Shown here: one piece after another, positions 12,971 through 25,100 of the stretch
How positions within the stretch are numbered: position 1 is the first letter of the stretch
Layout of the letters: every line of letters starts with the position of its first letter
Assembly (NCBI GenBank): GCA_051362555.1
Contig: CM120640.1
Span: forward strand, 56,708,788-56,772,787
Reading direction: 5' to 3'
DNA: 64,000 bases
From: Lingula anatina
Taxonomy: Eukaryota > Animalia > Brachiopoda
Notes under the pieces: model-generated
The model's database searches: none
What the model saw: the letters and a program-made list of their open reading frames with translations, nothing else
What the model was told of the DNA's origin: nothing
Position numbers and translations under genes: made by a program

Positions 12971-14810
12971 TTTTTATGTACAGACACAGATGTGTCTGTA
13001 CATATTGCCATCACCTGTGTCTGTCGTCGCCGTCGTTGCCGTCGCCGTGCACTTTCCTTGTAAACACGATAAGTGGAAGGCAGTTTTACTTTTTGGCTTT
13101 ATATTTACAGAGCTGATGAATATTCATAAAACGCAGGTCAAGTTCGAAAATCAGCATGATCGGGCCATTATTGTAGAAATTATGCTGTTTTTTCACTTTT
13201 CAGCATATATGCAACACTGTAAACACATTTCAAGGAAAACCGATAGGCCTGTTGTCATGAAACTCACAGGAGTAATCTATCTTACTAAAACGCAGGTCAA
13301 GTTCAAAAATCGGCATGATCGGGCCACTATTTTAGTAGTTATGCTTTTTTTTTCACTTTTCAGCATATATGCAACACTGTAAACGGAATATAAGAAAAAC
13401 AGACAGGCCAATTGTCATTAAACTCACAGGAGTGGTCAATCCTGCTAAAACGCAGGCTGAGTTAAAAAATCAGCATAATCGGGCCATTATTTTAGAAGTT
13501 ATGCTGTTTTTTCAAATTTCCTCAGATTCAATTCTTAGGCATGTTAACAGTTTCATTATTTAATTAATAAGATACGTGAAAGTGTTTGTTTGACATTTCC
13601 TGCATCTTTACAATATTGTTAGTTGATTTTGTAAAAATGATGGTAAACTTGTTATCGTGTATTGTGTAATAAAGTTTCAAAAATGGAAATAAACTCATAT
13701 CATTGCAGTTTGTCAGATTCAATCATTCACTATGTTCAGAATCTCAGAATGGAAGAAATTGGACATTTAACACTGCTCTATTGATATTTTTCCCATGTCA
13801 TCAATTTTCTTAGTTGATCATTTAAAAACGGCAGAAAACTGTTAATTTTGTTTTATGTGAAAAATTGTTAAAAATGGGAAAAAAAACATTTCAGAACAGT
13901 GCGGTCTTGTTTACATTTTGGCATTTTCAAGTTGTGACTTTGAAGTTCCATGGGCCTGAAGACCTTTGCTAGTCACATTTTCTGAATATCCATGATACTA
14001 ATATTTTATTATTAAAAATTGATGGTCATTATGCTGTTAAACATTATGTAATATTGCATCAAAATTTGAAAAAAACCTATTTTGGGCACTGCTCCCATGA
14101 TGACCATTTAAGAAAAACCATGTCACTTACTGTTCTCAAATAGTACAGTAAATATGTACAGATGTGTCTGTACATGTTGCCATCACCTACGTCTGTCATC
14201 GCCGTCGCTGTCGCCGGCGCTGTGCACTTTCATTGTAAACGCGATAAGTGGAAGGCAGTTTTACTTTTTGGCTGTTTGGTAATTCTTACTGCCAGTTAAA
14301 CAGTTTTTTTGTGAAAATTTAATTTTTCACATATTGGCATTTTCAAGGTGTGATTTTGAAGTTCCACGGGCTTGAAGACCCATGTTAGTCACATTTTCTG
14401 AAAATCCATGATACGTATATTTTATTATTAAAAATTGACGGTCATTATGCTGTTAACCATTATGTAATATTGCATCAGAATAGAAGAAAACACAATTTTG
14501 GGTGCTGCTGCCATGATGACCATTATGGGAAAATCGTGTTACTTATAATTGCCATACTTTCAAAAAAGAAATACAGGACTAAAATGCAGCCTGAGTTGGA
14601 AAAGCAGTCTAATTGGCTTCTTTTTCTGGAGGTTATACATTTTCAAAGTGTGAACTTGAACTCCCATGGGCCTGAAGCCTTATGCTTGTTACACATTTTA
14701 CTTACATTGGTATTACCTGTTGAGCATAATTAAAATTTGATGTTGAATTTGCAGTTTAACATAATGTACTTTTGCATCAGAATTGACAGTAGCCTATTTT
14801 GTGCATAGTT
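12971..14810 (+). mobile_element. Helentron-associated (HINE-like) element(s) carrying ~160-bp tandem repeats
   Basis: T-run, then hairpin atgtacagacac-agat-gtgtctgtacat, a (GTC/GCC)n microsatellite, and 160-bp-period repeats starting aaaacgcagg at ~13127, 13287, 13447. A second head occurs at ~14154, followed by degenerate repeats. Confidence 0.7.
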
Positions 14811-15113
14811 ATTTCCTGTTTTTTGTCTGTACATTTGACAGCTTTGCTGCCTTGTTTAGTCTTACAATTAAAAGCAGCAGTGTTCTCACACGCAATATTA
14901 GTCCAGGCTAAGTTTTTGTGGAAAAATACGTGGAAGTGTGGTGGCACAGTTTTTGATTAACGGATTGCAGCAGTTGAGCAGCTCAGCTTGTCATCAAAGG
15001 CGAATGTCATCTCGGTAGCTATTTACTACCATTTTTATTATTCCAACTCAGCAACAGCATGTTTTTGTGAGAGTGAATTATTTTGCCTGAATTTATCACA
15101 TACAGCGGCAACG

Positions 15114-18100
15114 ATGATACCTGTGACGGACTTTCAAAGTAAGTTTTCAAACGGTGGATAATCAACAATGAAAAGTGATGTTATAGCTGGCTTATTTTGC
15201 AGAAAAACAATTATTATAACTATAGTCACGAACATACTGTATGAACACGTCGACTTGCTTACCACTACAGTGTGGCATTTTCAAACAGCATATTTAATAA
15301 GCATACAGAAATTGCAAGGTTTTTTAGCCAGTGTGAATACATTAAATTATGTTTTAGTTACTCTTAGGATTTATCGCAGAATTATTTATAAGCAAAATAT
15401 GATCATAAACATAAGTCGAACACTTTAAATAATGATAAATGCAAATTTTCGTTGCTTAACAAATGACGAAATGGACTGTTATAAAACTATTTTTAGATTG
15501 AGTTTTTAAAGCAGTTTTGTTTCAAATGCATATATCTTAGGTTGATTTATCTGCACATTTTTCTTATTAGCTAAATGTTTATATATAATGTAACTGTTTG
15601 TTTATATTATATAATGTGTTATTGTTCATGTAATAATATTAAAAGAAATTCATTTTGACAGTATTTTATGATAGGTAAATATACACACATGATATGTCCA
15701 GATAATATATTTTTCATTTTTAAAAAGTTGACTCATAGTTTATGAATTGGTTACTTGAAGCTTTGAACAGAGTGGTTTTCTTTATAGTAGGAGGGTATCT
15801 CTGCCCACAGAGATGTTCATATTGTTCTTGGCATTATGTAATTGGATGATGGGAAATAGTTTCATTATTTAGACTGAAATAGTTGTCACAAAAATATGAA
15901 TTATTGACAAAGCTACTCATTGAAGAGAAAAAGGATAAAAATTCAAGACATCACATTTAAACATTACCAAAGTGTTTCACAACAATGTACATTTGTCATT
16001 ATGCTTGAAGAGACTTTCATATTTTATATTGTCCCAGGCCAGTAACTAAATGACCAACCCAGTAATGTATGATCTTACATGCCTAAAGGGCTTGTAATAT
16101 TGTATCTAAATGTCACATGACACTAAGCTTTTCAGCTTGATAAGGCCACAGAACTTGGCTGTGATACAAAGTATTTAGTTCATTGGCAATTTAATGTGAT
16201 ATGCTGCAGACAGGTTTTTGTGCAAAATAATTAAGGCATTGTTTGTTTTTAATATATAGTAACATGTCAGTTGTTTGTTGAATTTTAAAATCTGAAATTA
16301 ATCAATGATTTCTCTTGAGATATATCCCCCAACAGTTTCTCTTGAGATGTATGGCCCAAATGCTCTGCATTCCTAACTCTGTTCATATAACTAAACAGCA
16401 AAGCTGACAAATATACAGACACCATACTGCAAATAAGGTAGCAAAGCTGACCAATGTTCAGACATTCAGATTAAAAAAAAAACAAATAAAATAACACCAA
16501 ATAATGTTTTGGCCAATTTTGATGCACTATTATATAATGCTTTAAAACAGCATAATCACTCTTACCCTCTTACATTATGTGCTACAGGTAACATGGACAT
16601 TGAAAAACTAGCAAGTTATTCAGTTTCATGGGCCATAAAAGCCACTGAAAATGCTAATGTGTGAAAAATAAGATATTCAAACAAACAAAAAAAGAAAAAA
16701 ACAGAATAAATGTAAATGTAAACTGATCTTGCTGCTTTTTGAAAGCAACCTGCTTTGTTGCCAAACAAAGCTACACAGTAAAAATTAAGTAAAACAGAAA
16801 TACCGTTTGGAAGTTATGGGGTGAATGTCACCAAATTGTCCATAAAAGCTGAATAATTACTGTAAATGTGAATGGATCATGTCAATTTTCAAAGTAACCT
16901 GCTTCTTTACCAAACAAAGCTACTCAGTAAATTTAAAATAAAACTAAAATGTGGTTTGGCAGTTATGGGGCAAACATCATGTGTCGGACAGCGATGGCAA
17001 TGTAATGGACAGACAGGCCAACCAGAATATCTGATGACTTAAATCAGCATCCATGTTTTATGATTATATTCCCATTTATTTCAGAGATTGGTGTTGGCCT
17101 GGCAGGATTTGGTGTTGCCTTCTTAATTCTTGGGGTGCTATTTTTCTTTGACAAAGGTCTTTTAGCTATAGGGAATGTGAGTATTGTCTTGACCTATGTA
17201 CTTTTTACAGTTCAGTACAGATGGCTTACAATTTTAGAATTGAGAAAAATGAGAGATATCACATGGTAAATGTGTGTATTTGATTTTGCCTTTGATTGCT
17301 TAATTATCTTACTTGCATAAGAATATAGCAATGCTGAAATCTTAGAAAGCTTTTTTGTTCTTTTTTCAGATTTTATTTATATCAGGCCTTGCATTTGTAA
17401 TAGGACTAGAAAGAACATTTAGATTTTTCTTTCAACGTCATAAACTCAAGGCTACAGGATTCTTTGTTGGTGGCATGGTTGTTGTCCTCCTTGGATGGCC
17501 CATTATTGGAATGTGTGTAGAAGTATATGGATTTGTTCTTTTATTTAGGTAAGTTGGAAATAAATGCATACTGTAAAACAACTGTATGGACAGAAATATT
17601 TTCCAATCAATACACAATCACCTGAACAGAGCACCTTGTTAGGTGCAGTAATGGTTATTAAACTAAATGTTGTGTGAACTATTTTTGGGGGGTTAATTTG
17701 CTGAACACAAAGGACGACCTCCTTTTATGACACTGTGTGAAATGTTTTTCTTTTCAGTGGATTTTTCCCAGTAGCAGTAAATTTTCTACGAAGAGTTCCA
17801 GTTATTGGAACAATTCTCAATATGCCAGGAATTAGTGGTGTAAGTATATGCAGTAGATTATAGAACCATCTCTGTACTTTTTCCATAGAAGCCTTCGTGT
17901 AAACAGATTAAAGCTTTTATATTCACCTAATATCTTTACCCTAGACACATATCAGAATGCATTTATGCTGCACCTTTGCAACTAGCAGGTGTCCAGACAA
18001 TGAAGCATAGTTATCAGATGGACATTATGCATGCAAGTTAGTCAGTTTAGGATTATGATTGCTATTTCTCATGCTATATATTACTTCATATAATGTATTA

Positions 18101-18924
18101 AGTGTGCAGACTAATTCTTAATGTCACTGTGTCCATTGTTGATCAGAGGACAGTGGGGTCAGTGTTTTTGCATTCAAAGTTGTATATTGCTGTTTTAAAT
18201 ATGCAAGAAGATTTTGATTTGCATATATGTATAAGTAAGTATTGAGTTGACACATAATAAACTAAGACTATAGACTGAGTAAAAAGTCTGTTCTTTGTGA
18301 AGATACATTATTGCAGGACCTTAAAATGCAGCATTCTTGGGGGGTTTACGCTGCTAGTTGTCTTACTTGTTACAGTATTTATCTTGGGTATCTAAAAGTT
18401 ATATCTTTACATTCTGTCAGTGAGTAATGGTTATGTTTGAGAGATTGGCTATTTTGAAAGAAAATCTTCTAAATAAACCTCCCTGCATTGCCCTAACGAA
18501 AAAGTCCTATAGGATCCTATAAGATCCTATAGGATCCTATAGGAAATTGGCCCAATTTCCTATAGGATCCTATAGGATCCTATAGGACTTTTAGTAAGGG
18601 ATGGACATGGCCAATCAATTCTGGTTGGCACATATAGGCTTCTAAATAGAAGAGAACTTCTCAAAACATACTGCCACATATGGAACATAAGAGCCTGGAT
18701 GTAAAAAGGGGCTTGAATTATTTAATAATAAACAATATTTAACATTTTTACCATATAACAATTTGCTAACAAAATGTAATATGTTCTGTTTTAGGCAATA
18801 GAGGTTTTTGCCCAAATCTATTATCTTTACAACCAGGTATGTATGACTAATCATTTAAATCACAATTATTTCCTCCTTCTTTCAGCTTGCAGACAAATTA
18901 GGAGCATCAAATTCCATGGTATAG
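15114..18924 (+). CDS. GOLT1B: Vesicle transport protein GOT1B (Got1/Sft2 family), 138 aa
   Basis: Exons 15114-15138, 17085-17176, 17370-17548, 17758-17839, 18886-18924 (417 nt). MIPVTDFQKIGVGLAGFG..FFDKGLLAIGNILF..IGLERTFRFFFQRHKLKATGFF..GFFPVAVNFLRRVPVIG..SNSMV. Confidence 0.97.
16720..17020 (-). mobile_element. Degenerate HINE-like repeat fragment (two ~150-bp units plus GTCT microsatellite) in GOLT1B intron 1
   Basis: aacctgct..ccaaacaaagcta..gtttgg.agttatgggg occurs twice, followed by gacagacagg and cgatggcaa resembling the reverse of the HINE head. Confidence 0.45.
18491..18600. repeat. 110-bp near-perfect palindrome made of 10-bp self-palindromic units (TCCTATAGGA); CCC...GGG MITE
   Basis: ccctaacgaaaaagtcctataggatcc...ggaaattgg c ccaatttcc...ggatcctataggacttttagtaaggg. 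Confidence 0.85.
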
Positions 18925-20007
18925 CATAGGACTTGCTGTCACATTCGATTCATCACCTTACTGCACACCATGGTATAGAACAGGAATTGTGATAAACCAT
19001 GAATCTAAGATGTTATAAGAGGCAATGGTTACAGGATGCAATAGCCAACGGCTGTGATCTTTATATCAGCCATAGTTGTAACCGTATCTGCATCTACTTG
19101 TGTGTATGTTGCTGGCAAGAGGAATGAGAACTTGGATGTTATGATCAAAGAGAATTTTGAGTTCAAGTGAATGAAGATGAAACCTTAGGATTCTCCTAAA
19201 GGAAAGTTACTTTGATAATTTTGTTGCTGTTTGTATGTTTGTTGGAAGGTAAAAAAGGTTTCTGCCAAGGTATATCATAATCTATTATAACATATTGGTG
19301 TTTAGTTCACTTCATAAAAACCAGGCACTGAACTATTTGGTCACAAATATCAAAATTTTAGACTGCTTTGATTATGTAAAGGCATATTTTTGTCATCAAA
19401 ATAAAGCAAGATTTGTTATAGATCAGCATATGTTCTTCATTAAGGAACATAAAAAACAAGCTTACTTTATTTCTAAAAATTAAAACATTGCAATATTTAT
19501 TGTAGTTTTTCATGTGAAGTTGCCCCTATGTCTTTAAAACAGAGGATAGTCTAAATTTTATCTAAAATATATTTAAGATAATTTTTTAAACTGTAACTGT
19601 GTTTTATTTACTTAATTGTAATTTATTTATTTTTGGGGGGGTGGGGGGGGGGGGGGAGAGAGAGAGGTTTCACTTTAATACTTCCATGCATGTGTAATAG
19701 TAATGCAAGTATTTCAAGTAATTATTACCTATTATAAGTTGTCCTTTAATGTCATTTTGCACCCATCAATTTACTGCTATGCTGTTAGAGATATTTGCTA
19801 TAACTGAGAATATAATTGTACATATTCAGAGTCAGTTTTATACATATATATTCACTTAGATTGTTTTTTGTCAGTCATTTTGCTTTGTTCACATATTACA
19901 TAGTGTACACAGTTGTTTGATGATAGGTGAACTTAGCAGTTCTCATTGATAAGTGAAAAAAGTTAATAAAAATACCATATTATAATCATTAGTTTGGTTT
20001 AATTATA

Positions 20008-20198
20008 GGCCGCATTCACATCAGCCGTCTAACTAGTCCGTGGATCAAATATGGACAACCACTTAAATGCTTGTTGTATATTCCCACAGGGAATCTATTC
20101 AATGTCTATAAGTCACAAAGTGGATTTAACAACGAGCGTTTAAGTTGGTCGCCATATTTGATTCTTGGACTAGTAAGTCTGCTGATATGAATGCGGCC
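20008..20198. mobile_element. PIF/Harbinger-like MITE
   Basis: TIRs ggccgcattcacatcagc / gctgatatgaatgcggcc, long internal inverted arms, ATA 3-bp direct repeat on both sides. Confidence 0.8.
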
Positions 20199-22110
20199 AT
20201 ATATTCAGCTGGTAGAATAAAGGAATGGATGACTGAAGACTGGATATACAAGTTTAGCCTCCAGGCATAAGTGTGTATTAATAAATAGTTCTTTGTCAAA
20301 CATCTTATCTCTAATCCAGTTTAAAGTTTAATTGGTCCAAATTTTAATCTGAGAAAATTTCAGAACAGTGGAGATATAAAATATACATTTATTGATATCA
20401 CTTTTCATAAATATAATTATATAATAACTAGAATATAAGCTGAAAAGGTATTCACATGCAACTACATTGCTCAACATTTCTACAATTTATTTTCCCAATA
20501 GCCATTTCCTGTTTTTTAACACGAAATATCTGACAGCTAAAAGATGAATGGAAGAAGGCAATGAAAAATTCTACTTTCATGCTTTCCCCCAAAATCATTA
20601 TGTAATAGACAAACCACAAGTCAATGAGGTGTTGGTAATATATACGAGTGTAAAGCATGAGTGGATTTCACATATGCCTCACTGACAAGTGGCATATATG
20701 ATATATCACAGAACTCGAGAACCAGATATGGCATGCCCTCTGTGCTATATGTCAAACGTTGCCTTTTCTTCTTGATACCTTTCATGATATAAAATGAAAT
20801 ACAGGGTTTTAATAATTCTTATACCTGCAGTAAAAGGGATTTCCAAAAATAACACACATTACTATATCAGGTTCACTTCTCTATAAATGAGAGCACCAAC
20901 CTGAAGTATAAAATAGTTAAATATTGTTTACATGATATTAATTATATTTAGCACTAAAATAACAATAACAGTCATCAAAACTGAATAGCTGGAAAGTATC
21001 TTTAATAAATTTGTATCAAAAAGCACAATGCATATTTTTCCTGAACAATAACAAACAACCACTTTATAAAGGTCCATAATTTGTAAATTTGAAATACATA
21101 TAATAAAAGCAGAGTAAAGGTTTCATGACCTGACTTCCTAGCAACCCTTTCCCAGAAAGAAGAATGTCCACAAAATGTAAGTCTTTTAATCCTGGAAAAG
21201 TAGGATATGATTAAGTTTTTAAAAATATGGCAAGTGTAATATAATATTTAAAGTTTTTCCATATATTGCACGTCACAGTGTAATGGATCATGCTCTTAGC
21301 ACAACGGGGCCTAAATATCCATTTTCAGTCCTTATGTGAAAGATGCCCACATAGAATAGGTAATACAAAATGTATGACCTTTTTGTAGAAATATTGTCCC
21401 CAAAATAGCAATGTGAAAATTAAACAAAAAGTCAACAATTGTTATAAATTCATATAAGAGATATGATACTATCAAAAATACTGATCAAAAATGTTAAAAT
21501 CAGGTTAAATAATTGTGACCAGAATACTATTTTTCACTCTTTAGGAAAACTTATCAATATGTGTACTTGAGGAAAAAGGGAATGAAAAAAGACGTCTGAG
21601 ACCAACTGTGCTGGTTATCATATATTACTTTCTTCATATTAATGAAAAATTGTCTTAAATATTCTTTTTTTAAGTTAGCCTGCAATAATGTCACAAGACC
21701 ATGTAACAATTTTTGTAAGTAATGCTTTCATTCTCCCTCTTTTGCACTTTTGTCTCAGATTAAAATGCAAGTAATGGATGTAACTCTTCACTCAGCTGTA
21801 GACAACTACAAAAAGATATCCTAAAACTCAAAGGGAATGATTGAGTTTGAATAGAGCAAAGGTCAGTAACTATTAGAAAATGCTGATGATCCCATACATA
21901 TTATAATAGATAATAAATAAATTTGCATTTTCTTTGTGACAAAATTCTTTGTAGTGTCCCTTAAAGAAGCCATCTAAGATACTAAAATAGAACTTGTACT
22001 GGAACATTATATGAAAACCTTCTTATCATTATATTAAAATAACATTAACCAGTGCAATGTCTTCATCACTAGAATAGCACATACTTTCTATACCTCTTAG
22101 AAATTCTCAA

Positions 22111-25100
22111 TTACAGCTGACAAACCTCTTCCCCTGTTGCATCCTCTGCATAACATGCACTACCTGGGACTGGCTTATATAAATACCATGCCAGGAACAT
22201 CAGTAAGGAGGACACTGCTTTAAAGCTTGCCGATAAGGCAACAAAGTAGTAACTCATCCTTTCGTTGTCATACTGATGGCAGGAGGTCCTCTGGCCACAC
22301 TCCTCACCCCACACAATACATGCACTGTCTAGTATGGCACCAAAGACAATTGGACCAGGAATCAAACCTGAATAAAGAAGAATATTTCTACAAATACAGC
22401 TCAGACAGAAAACTCCAGTAACATATATTTGGTGTAACAGACTTAACCACTTTAGCAACTACTATATACATTTCTTTATTCTGTATTACATTAAAAACCA
22501 CTGTTTTTGTAGCCCAAGATAAGCTACAAATTGACACACTAAAAGTTAGGTACAGTACCTAGCAACCTCACAGCCACCCATCCCACTCCTGTTGCCAGGG
22601 ACTTGTCACATTCTTGGACACTTCTGCAATGAAGGATACAAAATATCAAACATGCTGCAAGGTAAATGATTAATCATCAAACAGTTAATTAGCACTCTAA
22701 TTCATGAAATTTTTACTTACTTCTAAAACATATCCTAGACATTGTAAAAATATTCTTTATTTTCTATTTACTTTTATAAATTAAGTGGCTTGCAAAATGT
22801 GTGAGAATGTGTTAGGTGTGAAAATCATCACCTGAGAATAGCCTGTACCGTTGGAGTGCTAGCTAAGAAGGTGAAAGTGATTAGAAACAACAGCACCACT
22901 TGATACAATGGCATCAATGTACACGAGGTTGAACAGGGACCTTCCTTAGCCTTTGTCATGGAATTGTTCATCAGACCACTGCTGTGGAACTGTACACAAC
23001 TGCAGTTGTTATAATACTGAAAAAAAAATTATGATGCATAAACAATGGTCGATGCATAAGACAACATCTGATTTATACTTTATAGACAGTTGATATATTT
23101 CCTCATCTGTTTGACAAAAAAGCAATTATCTTTAGCATGATGTGCTGAAGAAAGAGATTTTCACAAGTTCTTTATGAAAACATACAATGAAATTTCTGGG
23201 AAAATCCATAAAGCAAAACTTACATTGTCTGACTCCCATATGTCCTTAGTTAAGCATCCTGCGTAACAAGGTGAGAAATAAGTAACTCCATTATCTCCAC
23301 ACACTGGGTTGTAGAAATCTTGAAGACAACCACAATGTATATTGCACTCCAATGTCATGTTTGAAGCACTTTCATGATAACCACTAAAACAAAAAGTGGG
23401 GTGATATACAATACACCTAAGTCATGTATATAATTCAGGCAAGTCTGGCAAGATCACTATTGGGTAATATTTCCTCTGAACAAAATGTTATTTTAAAGCA
23501 CAGAGTTGATTTGTAAAGATGTGAAGTAAAAAGTCTGAATCGAGCAAAATCCTTCCTGATAAAAGAACTGTTCCATTTTATCTTGTCAAAAGTACACTTA
23601 ATTTAGAAGATAATACCAGTATCATTCACCTACCCAGGTCGTAAGGCTCCTACTCCTGCAAAGGGCATGTTGTCACATCTAACAAATAATCCAAAACAGC
23701 AGAAGAAGGAGATGAGTAGCACTATGAAGCCAAACTTGATAATGTTTGCACATGAGAAGGACAATTTCCTTAACAGAAAACCACTCAACATGGCTGCTCC
23801 CCCTCCAGCTGGCACAACAACAACACCTGGAAAATATTTTTGCCCTTCAGGAAATATCTTTCTTTCCTGCTAAAATATGTGACAATAATTTTGTTTTTTA
23901 AAAATCAAATGTCTTCACTGATCACTTTAATTTTTTTACAACACTGTTGGGCTGACATAAAATTATCAGTGATTGTATCTGCCTAATATCTTAAATCTGG
24001 AAATTGTTTTGGTTAGAAGCTATAATGAGATTGGTGAGCAGAAATGCTTAAAAAGTAACCCTTACCTGTTAATATTGATGCCTGACTTGCAGACATACTG
24101 AACTGGTTTTCCAAATATTTGGGCGCAAAGGCTATAAACCCTCCTACAAGAAATCCTTCCACTGCATCGCATATCACTATACAAACAAAAGTTGCATTGT
24201 GAAAGAGACGCTTCATAGCAGCACCAAGATCCATGAGGTTAGAATCAAAGGCTGTGGAGTTGCTTTTTTTCTTTTCTTCTTTTATTTTCAGAGCACCTGA
24301 AATATTAGAAAAAAATTTGAATATCTATATTTGGAACAGTTTGATCTACAGATTCATGACTGTATTTTACTTCATTTAAAAATCTTTTAGTGACACTTCA
24401 TAAATTTTCAATTTCACAAAAGAATAAATGAAAATTAAAGAATCATTAAGATCTGATATTATATATAATATTATATATAATAAATGAGCAATTTATAAAA
24501 TAATAAATGAGCAATTAAAGAATCAATAAGATCTTATATTATATACCAGTAGTCAAGATCACAGAAAGAAAGTACCCCATAATATGAATTTTAATGTAAT
24601 GTTTTGATATCCCCCCCCTCCCCCAAAAAAGTCCTAGGTAAGCTTCATATTTATTCATTCAAAAGTTTTAAGTTCATCAATACCATCTCTTACCACCAAA
24701 CTTATTATTTTCAATTATTTTTTTTTAATTAAGACATATCAAAATTGTATAATGGTTATCAATCATAAATGTTTTTAGTAAATATTTTACATTTAAAAAA
24801 TACCCTATGGCCTTGAAGTATAATATCAAAGAAATAAAGATCCAGAAAAAAAACAGGCTGTGCTTAATTAGTACCAGGTAACTCTGCAGCAAAACCCAGC
24901 AAAGGGAAAGCTATAATCCATGACATCACAGCAGTCCCTAGAAATCCCAGCCACCAGGCACCATACCAACTTGGGGAATCTGGAGATATGGTGACACTGA
25001 AATAAACAGCACAGCATTGAAATTTATTTTAAAATACCGCTAAAATTTAAAATGCCCTGTCAAATTGTACCCAAAATTAACCTTGGGTGTAGCTTTATAT

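Noticed and set aside
12900-13563. 160-aa repetitive ORF; the regularly spaced repeats could suggest a CRISPR-like array
   Set aside because: The units are contiguous satellite monomers in a HINE-like element, with no unique spacers and no cas genes; the context is eukaryotic.
14870-14895. CAGTGT loop as a possible iron-responsive element upstream of GOLT1B
   Set aside because: The flanks do not form the 5-bp upper stem with a bulged C.
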